Part shown: positions 1 through 8,243 of the stretch, one piece after another
Numbering within the stretch: position 1 is the stretch's first letter
Layout of the letters: every line of letters begins with the position of its first letter
Assembly: GCA_000388065.2 (NCBI GenBank)
Contig: KB932211.1
Reading direction: 5' to 3' (one strand)
Length of the DNA stretch: 8,243 nt
DNA from: Fonticula alba ATCC 38817
Lineage: Eukaryota > Protista > Nucleariida
Notes under the pieces: generated by a model
The model's database searches: none
Told to the model about the DNA's origin: nothing
The model's input: the letters and a program-made list of their open reading frames with translations, nothing else
Translations under genes and position numbers: made by a program

Positions 1-35
1 CCCCCCCGCTGTTCCGCCGCCCCGCCACCCTACAG
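1..35 (+). other. 3' end of an intron of the TLC gene
   Basis: C-rich tract ending ...CCACCCTACAG. No in-frame ATG before 36 although family-like sequence starts there, so upstream exons lie outside the window. Confidence 0.7.
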
Positions 36-738
36 CTATAGCACCCTGCCCAAGTCCCTGCGGGCGGACTACGCCTGCCGCTTCTCGGCCTTCATCCACG
101 CGGTGGTCATCTCGCTGCTGTCGCTGGTGATTGTCTGCCGGCCGGGGCTCTTCCCGGAGCTGCAGGCGGATCGCATCTTCGGCACCACCCCCTTCTCCTC
201 CGGGGTGTACGCCATCGCCGGGGGCTACTTCGTGTGGGACCTGGTCTTCTGTCTGCTGAACTTCGAGACCTCCGGCTGGGCCTTCCTCATGCATGCCATC
301 GGCTCGCTGACCCTCTACTCGCTGGTGCACGCCCCGTACCTGCACTACTATGGCGCGGTGTTCCTGCTGTTCGAGCTGAGCACTCCGCTGGTGCACCTGC
401 GCTGGCTGGCCATCCGCCATCAGTGGCCCTCGGCCGACTTCCTGACCCTGGCCTTCGGCCTGTCCTTCATCGCGGTGCGCGGCATCTTCGGCTGGTACCA
501 GACCATCAAGTATGTCATGGATGTGGTGGCGGCCTATTCGCAGACCGAGCCGCGCAGCATGTTCTGGCTGTACCTCGTGGGCAACCTCTTCTTCAACAGC
601 CTCAACATCTACTGGGTGATGCTCATGGTCCGGAGCTACTTCCGCGTGCAGGGTAAGAAGAAGAAGGCCGCCGCCGCGGCCGGTGGTGACGGCGCCGCCT
701 CGCCGGCGAAGGCCGCCGCCAAGAAGAAGAGCCAGTAA
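36..738 (+). CDS. TLC (TRAM/LAG1/CLN8) domain membrane protein, TMEM56/TLCD4/TDA4-like; terminal exon, 5'-partial
   Basis: C-rich tract plus TACAG acceptor (AG 34-35). The frame from 37 reads YSTLPKSLRADYACRFSAFIHAVVISLLSLV... and continues into the 103-738 ORF. Family motifs AGGYFVWDL, FLMHAI, FLLFELSTPLVHLRW, F..VRGIFG and LNIYW are present with several hydrophobic helices. Strong G/C-ending codon bias; TAA at 736-738. Confidence 0.88.
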
Positions 739-1081
739 GAGGGCGCGTGTGCGCGGCGCACGCCAGCAAGCGCAGAGGCCACACCCCGTGGGCCTATGGC
801 GGGGGGCGAGCTTTGGCGGAGGAGGAGGAGGACCGGGGGGGGGGGGGGGGGGAGAGATGGCCGTGAGCCATTTTGTGCCGCGTCAAGCCCCTCCCTCCTC
901 CTGCCGTGTCTCCTCCACTCTCGACCCCCGGGCCGCCCTCTCCCTGGCCATGTGCTCTTCCCTTGCCATCTGGCTTCTCTGCGCCTGCCCGTCACAACAG
1001 GAGCCAAGGATGAGTGCGCCGGGGGCCGGGGGAGGCGCGTCCTCTACGCGCCTCGCCTCGTCCTCCCTCTCTCCCCTCGTC

Positions 1082-1084
<3 letters not shown>

Positions 1085-1121
<37 letters not shown>

Positions 1122-1136
1122 CGTGTGTGTGTGTGT
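1085..1136. repeat. Compound microsatellite (CT)17 + (GT)7
   Basis: (CT)17 at 1085-1118 and (GT)7 at 1123-1136, probably in the TLC 3' UTR. Confidence 0.95.
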
Positions 1137-1818
1137 ACGCCCGCCCGCGCGTACGTCCGCCTGGGCCCGTACTTTCTCCGACCCCCCCTCTGTTCCTCTG
1201 CGTCCACCCTTCTTCACACCCCGTCGCAGGGCGCGGGACTGCTGCGTGCGCGCATGCATGCATGCCCTGTCTTCGTCTCTGCTTCTCCCTCCAACTGTCC
1301 CCGTCTGTGGGGCCGCACCCGTGCATCCACGCATGCCAATTGTGCCTGTATGCGCGATGTGCAGGTCACACGCGCGCCCCCCCTCCCCCCCCCCCGCTTT
1401 CCGTGGCGAGAGTCGTGCGGGGGCCGGAGTCATCTGCACACCACGCGCCCCCCTTTCCCCCCCTCCCCCGGGCCCACATATGCTGTCCTTGTAGTTTTAT
1501 AGTGAATAGATGTCCTGCCTTTCTTCGGTCTCCGTCCCCCCCCCCCTCTCCCGCCCCCCGTTGCTGCGCCCGCAAAGGAGAGCGCGCACGGCTCTCGACG
1601 CGGCCTTTGGTTGTACTGCCCCTTGCTACCTCTCCCGTGTGGTCTCTCTGTCTCCGGGGGGGGGGGGCCCACCCCACAGCAGTGGACACGCTCGCCGCTG
1701 GTCTTTCTCTCCTCGGTTACGCGGGGGCGCGTGCGCACGGCAAAACGCGCCGACACAGACACGCGGAAGGGGACACCGGGGGGAGGGCTTCGATTATTAA
1801 GAGGGGAAAAGGGGATGA

Positions 1819-1932
1819 AGTCTAGGAGAGACTGTTCCAAATATTCTTCTAGGCCCAGTTGAGCGAACCTCGCATCAAGGCAATTCTAGTAAAAGGCGAA
1901 AATTGCATCTTTGGGATGTGAAGCTCAGGGCT
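1819..1932 (-). ncRNA. U5: U5 spliceosomal snRNA
   Basis: Minus strand reads AGCCCUGAGCUUCACAUCCCAAAGAUGCAAUUUU-CGCCUUUUACU-AGAAUUGCCUUGAUGCGAGGUUCGCUCAACUGGGCCUAGAAGAAUAUUUGGAACAGUCUCUCCUAGACU. The 11-nt loop I (1898-1888) matches the conserved U5 loop and is closed by an 8-bp stem (1906-1899/1887-1880). Further stems are CUUCACAUC/GAUGCGAGG and GCCC-UGAG/CUCA-GGGC. An Sm-like site lies at 1845-1837 and a 3' hairpin AGUCU/AGACU at 1833-1819. Length ~114 nt is typical of U5. The 5' end could be 1932 or 1935. Confidence 0.93.
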
Positions 1933-2211
1933 GCTGGAAGATGGAGCGGATCGGGCGCCCGCCCGGCGTCCAATTAATGCCGGGACTTTGCCCGCTGCCG
2001 GCTGGCGATTTCTTTCGCCCTCAGAAAGGGCGTGATACACGCCGCCGCCATGGCCCCGTGCCCATGGCGGATCGTTGGGAGTCATCTCCGCCGGCGCCCG
2101 CGATCGCTGGCCTGGGGGCGGAGGCGGGGCGGGGCGAGGAAGACCCGGGGCCCTGTGCGATCAGCGGCGCCCGCGCCTTTTCCCGAGGGGCAAGGCATGT
2201 TCCTCGTTTTT

Positions 2212-2220
<9 letters not shown>

Positions 2221-2242
<22 letters not shown>

Positions 2243-2266
2243 ATCACACAATCACACAATCACACA
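2221..2266. repeat. (CT)11 followed by (ATCACACA)3
   Basis: (CT)11 at 2221-2242; three exact octamer copies at 2243-2266. Confidence 0.92.
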
Positions 2267-2420
2267 CAACACTCTCCCTCTGACTTTCTCACTCTCTCCC
2301 CCTGGAGGCCAGCGCATGCTCGGGTACGGCGGCGTGGGATTGGTCGCCGCCGCCGCCGCCCCTTTGCCATGCCGCGGCGACGAGCGGAGGAGATAGAGTG
2401 GAGAGGCCGACACACCCCCG

Positions 2421-2443
2421 CCCCCCCCCCCCCCCCCCCCCCC
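2421..2443. repeat. Poly-C tract (C23)
   Basis: Direct reading. Other long homopolymers: G18 at 835-852, G18 at 4167-4184, G16 at 7856-7871. Confidence 0.92.
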
Positions 2444-2601
2444 GGGGCCTGCCCAAACCCATTGTCCGGACACGCGCGCACGCGCACAGGCAAGCAAACA
2501 CATATGGATATAGATATATTACAACCCGTGTTACAGGAAAGGAGGCAAAAAAGCGGGGAGGCCGGCGCGAGACACGGCCGCAAGAACTAGAAGGGCGGCA
2601 T

Positions 2602-2611
2602 ACACACACAC

Positions 2612-2642
<31 letters not shown>
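2602..2642. repeat. Compound (CA)n-(CG)n-(CA)n alternating purine/pyrimidine microsatellite
   Basis: acacac...acgcgcgcgcacac...aca in the LIM 3' region. Confidence 0.92.
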
Positions 2643-2850
2643 TCGTGGGAGAGAGAGAGTGAGAGGAACGAGAGGGGGCGAAGACAGCGGACAAGCAGCG
2701 AGGGGAGGAGGGGGCAGGGTGGCGAGGCGGCGGCGGCGGCGGCACGCGGAGTGCTCCGCAAGGCCCCCGGCCGCTGCCCACCCGGGGCCCTTTCGGCGCA
2801 CACTCCCCCTCCCCCTCTGCGGCTTGCATGGCGCGCTCGCTCTCTCTCCC

Positions 2851-3535
2851 TTAGGCGGTCCACTTGTGCTTGTGCTGGGTCCGGCCGAAGCCCTCGTCGT
2901 AGTTGCCCTTCAGGCGGAAGAGCTGCTTGAAGTGCGGGGTGCAGTAGAAGGCCCCGGCCAGGGCGGAGAAGTTGCCCATGCGCAGGACGCTGTTGCACTC
3001 GGCGCAGCGGAAGCAGGTCTTGTGGAAGGTGGCGCCGTTGGTGGTGAGGCGGTCCAGCGGGTAGGTCATCTTCTCGCACACCTGGCAGATGTTGGAGTCG
3101 GCGCCCGGGGTGGCCGGGGGGGTGTTGAAGACGGTGGACACCGGCCGGCGGGTGGGGGCCGGCGCGGCCGCGGCATCGGCGGCATCCATCGACGGAGACC
3201 CGGCCGAGGTGGAGACGGCCAGCTTGCCGCCGGCCGGGGCGCCGCTGTCGGCCGGCGCAGCACCGTCCTCAACCTCGAACCGGGCCATCATCATGGAGAT
3301 GCGGTTGGAGCGGGAGCGGGCGGCCGGGGCAGCCTCCTGGACGGGCTCCTGGGGGGTGGTGACGGTGGCGACGTCCTATGGCGTGCGGCGGCGGCGGCGG
3401 GGAGGGCGGAGTGAGTGGAAAGGGATCCGTGCGTGTGTGTGTGCGTGTACGTGTGAGGACACAGGGGGGGGGGACACATACCTGGGCCTCGTTGGCGAGG
3501 TCCTCGGCGGTGGGCGAGCGGGAGATGGAGGACAT
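2851..3535 (-). CDS. Single LIM-domain protein, LIMD2/EPLIN-type; join(3535-3482, 3375-2851), 192 aa
   Basis: Exon 1 MSSISRSPTAEDLANEAQ ends at a GTATGT donor (3481). The acceptor CATAG (AG 3377-3376) resumes in frame as DVATVTTPQEPV... into the 2851-3294 ORF. LIM consensus C-x2-C-x17-H-x2-C-x2-C-x2-C-x17-C-x2-H (CQVC...HKTCFRCAEC...CTPH) is followed by FKQLFRLKGNYDEGFGRTQHKHKW, the tail characteristic of LIMD2/LIMA1/XIRP2-type LIM domains. TAA at 2853-2851. The start codon is less certain than the rest. Confidence 0.9.
3376..3481 (-). other. Spliceosomal intron (106 nt, phase 0) of the LIM gene
   Basis: GTATGT...CTCAC (3415-3411)...CATAG; removal joins two open frames. Confidence 0.85.
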
Positions 3536-4184
3536 GGCTCTGGGTACACGGAGGGGGGGGGGGGAGGGGCCACGCGACAGGAGGTGCTGCGAGGTGGGGG
3601 GGGGGCAGGTGGGTGGATGGAGCTCGCGCCGGGGGACGCTCGGCGACCGGGGGGGAGGGCGCTTTTCTACGTGTTGGTTGGTGCGGCCGGCCGTGCGGTC
3701 GTGGGGGTCCTGGGCACTGGCTGCGCCCCGGGGCCGGTAACGGCGGTCGGCCGAGCGAGGCCCCTGTGTGCGTGTGTGTATGCGAGCGCTGGCCCGAGGG
3801 ATGCATCCGCGCCTCTCCCCGGCCGCCTGTGCTGCCCCGGCCCCCCTCCCGGCGGGGGCGCCGCAGGGAGCCGCGCCCGGGGCCGCTCCTCTCGCCGGGC
3901 CTCAGGTGACAGACGAGGGCCCCGCCGCCCGGCCTCCCGCCCCTGTGCGGGCACGCCCGACAGAGGCCCCCGCCCGGGGGGGGGGGGGAGGGGCGAGGGG
4001 CGGGGATATGGATTGTTATTGGGTCTCCCCCACCCAGTGCTCCTCGGGTCCGGCGGAGGCGGCGAGGACAGATGCCTCTCTCGTCACTGTCCCCCCGACC
4101 ATGGCTCGGGTTTTCCCCTGCCCCCCGCCCCAGGAGGAGCAAGGCACGGCTCGGGCCTCCAGTTGTGGGGGGGGGGGGGGGGGG

Positions 4185-4414
4185 NNNNNNNNNNNNNNNN
4201 NNNNNNNNNNNNNNNNNNNNNNNNNNNNNNNNNNNNNNNNNNNNNNNNNNNNNNNNNNNNNNNNNNNNNNNNNNNNNNNNNNNNNNNNNNNNNNNNNNNN
4301 NNNNNNNNNNNNNNNNNNNNNNNNNNNNNNNNNNNNNNNNNNNNNNNNNNNNNNNNNNNNNNNNNNNNNNNNNNNNNNNNNNNNNNNNNNNNNNNNNNNN
4401 NNNNNNNNNNNNNN
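4185..4414. other. Assembly gap (230 N)
   Basis: N run flanked by G18 (4167-4184) on the left and G6 on the right, consistent with read dropout at a poly-G tract. Confidence 0.99.
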
Positions 4415-5300
4415 GGGGGGCGGGGCGTCGGAGGGCGATCGGCGGCCGTTGTTTTCTTTCCCGCCCGCGGTGCCGTCGTCCGGCCAGGCGTCGTCGCGCA
4501 TCACCGGGCCGGCGCAGGAACACGCCGAAGACAGGGCGACGCCGGGGCGCCCTCGGGTGTGCCAGCGCCCCTGCTGCGCGTGCGCGCGCGGGGGGGGGGG
4601 GCGGGGGCGGGGGAGGCGACGCGCCTCACGCGGCCTCGTGGGTCATTTCCGGGAAGGTGTCTCCCCCGGGCGCGCCATTAGTTCATGACCCCCGCCCCTG
4701 GCCTGCCACCGCCGTTGCCAGCGCGGCGGCGCATTTACCGGGGCCCGCGCCCCTCGCGGAGGCGTGCGCGTGTGTCAGCCCGTCGGGGACGGGCGTGCTA
4801 TTGTTATTGCATCTGCCGGGCGAGGGGCATCCCCCACGCCCGAGGGGGGGGGGGGGCGGTTATTTCCCCGCGGCGCCCGGCGCCCCCTCCCCGCGCCGGG
4901 GTCTCTGCCCCCTGTCCCCACGGGCGAGCGCACATCGACGCGCCCGGCCGGCCGGCCCCCCCCCCCTCCCGGCCTGCCCAGCGGGCTGTCCCGCGCTCCC
5001 ACCCACGGCGGCGTTCACCTCGCTCTCCGCTTGCGCCCTGTTGCCGGGCGGCGGTCCTGGATGAGTCAGAGTTTGCGGCTAACACGCACAGCCGCGAGGC
5101 CGGGGGCTGGCAGCGCACCCGGGCCGGCGGCCAAATCCCCGCGGCCTCGTACATGCAAAGTGCACGCATTGCCACTATGCGCTCTCCCCCCCGCCCCATT
5201 CCGCGTGCGCGCGCGCGCGCGCTTTGCGTGGCCGGCAGGCCCAGGTGCCCCAGAAGGTCGCGGCTGGGCCGCCGGCCTCCGGCCTCCCCCGGGCAGCAGC

Positions 5301-5324
5301 CGGCCGCGCGCGCGCGCGCGGCCG
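5301..5324. repeat. Perfect 24-bp palindrome with (CG)n core
   Basis: CGGCCGCGCGCGCGCGCGCGGCCG equals its own reverse complement. Confidence 0.9.
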
Positions 5325-6292
5325 CTTCCCCCGAGAGCCGCGGGCATCATTAATAGCCACGGGGGGAGGGGGGCGGCGCATACCGCCAGGGGTACAGCCC
5401 CGCGCCAGCCGTGTGTCACAGGGGTTCGATGTACCCGACCCGGGTGTGGGCGCGCGCGCGTCCCAATCCGCCCGAGAGCCCCGGCAGACCTGTGAGCGTG
5501 CGCGCGCTCGCGGGCGGGTTCCTCTGCCCGGGGCCGCCGCTGGCGCACCCCGTCAGCCGGCGCCCCCCGTACGCGGGAAGCCCAACAATACGCGGCACCA
5601 AGTACACCACGTACATACACACAATGCATGCGCATAGTGCCAGTACACGAGCCTGGCCGAAAAAAAAAAGAGAAGAAGGTGCGGCCCGGGCACCTTGGCA
5701 GCAATATGGCCTGCCCACACGCCATGGCGCTGGCAGGCCGGCGGGGAGGGGCGCATGCGGCGCGTGTGCCTGTAGCGGGGTTCTCGCGCGTCAGCCACGC
5801 CAAGATCCGGCCGCGGACAGCGCGGCAGCCGGAATATCTCTCCCACCGTGTTGGTGCGCGCGTGCGCGCGCCGCCCCCGCCCCGCCGCTCCTCCCCCGTA
5901 CACAACAACACTCGGCTTTTTTTATCTCCCGGAGATACCCCCCCTGCTCCGGCCGCAGCCCTCCCCAGGAACGACCCCACCCTTGCCCCCCCTCCTCCCC
6001 TGCGCCCCAGCCAGGCAGCCGGGCACCACGCAACCCTGGCCCGCCGGCCCATGGCTTTGTCGGGGGGGGGGGGGGGAGCCGCGGCGGCTCGAGTCTGAAC
6101 GGGGCACCGATCGCCGTGCGGATCACGGGCAGCCACACGTGACGGCTCTCCAATCACACGGCCAGCTAATGACCCCGGGGATGTTTGCGGGTGCACGGGC
6201 GCGCGGGAGGCCGCCGTCCCCCGGCCCCGAGGGTGGGGGGAAATCCCGCGCTGGAGTTGCGCCCCTCCCCCGGCCATCAGACTCTTCTCCCT

Positions 6293-6298
<6 letters not shown>

Positions 6299-6338
<40 letters not shown>
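6299..6338. repeat. (TC)20 microsatellite
   Basis: Direct reading. Confidence 0.95.
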
Positions 6339-6341
<3 letters not shown>

Positions 6342-6484
6342 CTCGAGGGCGTGTGGTTCAGAGGTTGTATTTCCAAGGGCGCGATGACACACCGGGCAGA
6401 GGGAGGGACAGATGCAAGGGAGGCGAGAGGAGGACGTGCATGCACGATCGAAATGGCCCCTCCCCGGCCCCTCTCTCCGCGCGT

Positions 6485-6507
6485 GCGCGCGCGCGCGCGC
6501 GCGCGCG
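6485..6507. repeat. (GC)n dinucleotide tract (23 nt)
   Basis: Direct reading; purine/pyrimidine alternation extends over 6478-6507. Confidence 0.92.
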
Positions 6508-6791
6508 GTGTGACGTCTCATAGTGTACAGATTTTTGTTGTGCCCCATTCCACCGCCTGCGCCGATTTTGCCGGGCGCGAGCAAACTACTGGCCGCCGCG
6601 CCGCCTCGGGTGTGTGCGATACAAAGGGAAGGGAGAGGAGGAGGAGGAGGAGGAGAATGGACATGGCGCCGGAGGGCCAAACATGGGGAGAGCGAGAGAG
6701 CCAGGATGCCGCAGCAAGAGGGCCGGCGGCTTTCTGCATGGCACCGCGCGCCCCCGCTCTGCCGGCTCCTTTTTTTTTTTTTGGCTTCTCC

Positions 6792-8243
<1,452 letters not shown>

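Noticed and set aside
79-92. 14-nt match CGCTTCTCGGCCTT to the U2 snRNA 5' end
   Set aside because: It lies inside the TLC coding frame and is not followed by the U2 stem or the GUAGUA branch-pairing region.
653-658. Donor-like GTAAGA inside the TLC CDS
   Set aside because: The downstream sequence keeps coding-type codon bias to a stop with KKxx, and the site does not fit the GTRYGT donors used here. Alternative use cannot be excluded without RNA data.
1770-1885. Protein-like minus-strand frame NCLDARFAQLGLEEYLEQSLLDFIPF (SAM-like by eye); also ORFs 1430-1840 and 1849-2085
   Set aside because: It overlaps the U5 snRNA, its codon usage (CTA, GAA, TAT, AAT) is unlike the real genes, and it has no GTRYGT donor.
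1821-1889. TCTAG three times, resembling heat-shock elements or a short direct-repeat array
   Set aside because: It does not fit the nGAAn alternating consensus, spacing is irregular, and all copies fall within the U5 body.
2100-2107. GCGATCGC (cyanobacterial HIP1) and several CGATCG hexamers
   Set aside because: Expected by chance at this GC content, and the context is clearly eukaryotic.
683-3414. Overlapping Arg/Pro/Gly-rich and ERERER/SLSLSL ORFs (for example 683-1825 and 2398-3414), and similarly 5066-6445
   Set aside because: These are translations of microsatellites, homopolymers or the antisense strand of real exons.
4415-4504. Minus-strand MRDDAWPDDGTAGGKENNGRRSPS with a KEN-like motif
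   Set aside because: Short, runs into the gap, and lacks splice-site or homology support.
3089-5064. Long ORFs of 300-530 aa crossing the gap (3089-4681, 3291-4523, 3768-4688, 4072-5064)
   Set aside because: They run through 230 Ns and G/C-rich low-complexity DNA where stops are rare, with no recognisable domains.
5421-5436. GGTTCGAT resembling a tRNA T-loop or Pol III B-box
   Set aside because: There is no proper 5-bp T-stem, D-arm, 7-nt anticodon loop or acceptor stem at the right spacing.
6291-6299. ACAGAGAAG (U6 ACAGAGA box) on the minus strand
   Set aside because: It is the edge of a (GA)n microsatellite; the following AUUAGC and U6 internal stem-loop are absent.

Overview
Very GC-rich eukaryotic genomic DNA (roughly 70% GC by eye) from a draft assembly with a 230-N gap, spliceosomal introns and many microsatellite, poly-G/C and (CG)n tracts. 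Three protein-coding genes are supported. The first is the last exon of a TLC-domain (TMEM56/TDA4-like) membrane protein (+, 36-738) ending in a KKxx motif. The second is a two-exon LIMD2/EPLIN-type single-LIM protein (-, 3535-2851, 192 aa). The third is a 5'-truncated five-exon WDR5/Swd3 gene (-, 8243-6792). The main element the ORF track misses is a U5 spliceosomal snRNA gene on the minus strand (~1932-1819), in a 45%-GC island between the convergent TLC and LIM genes. It has the invariant loop I (CGCCUUUUACU) and a complete U5 fold but a non-canonical Sm site (AAUAUUUGG). The five complete introns share GTRYGT donors, C-rich 3' tracts and CTVAC branch candidates; two share an identical 11-mer just before the acceptor. 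About 3 kb (3540-6500) has no credible CDS, and most long ORFs in the track are GC/low-complexity artefacts. The organism cannot be identified from the sequence; an opisthokont or amorphean protist is only a guess. I found no clear novel multi-gene system; the most unusual signals concern the splicing and RNA-processing machinery.
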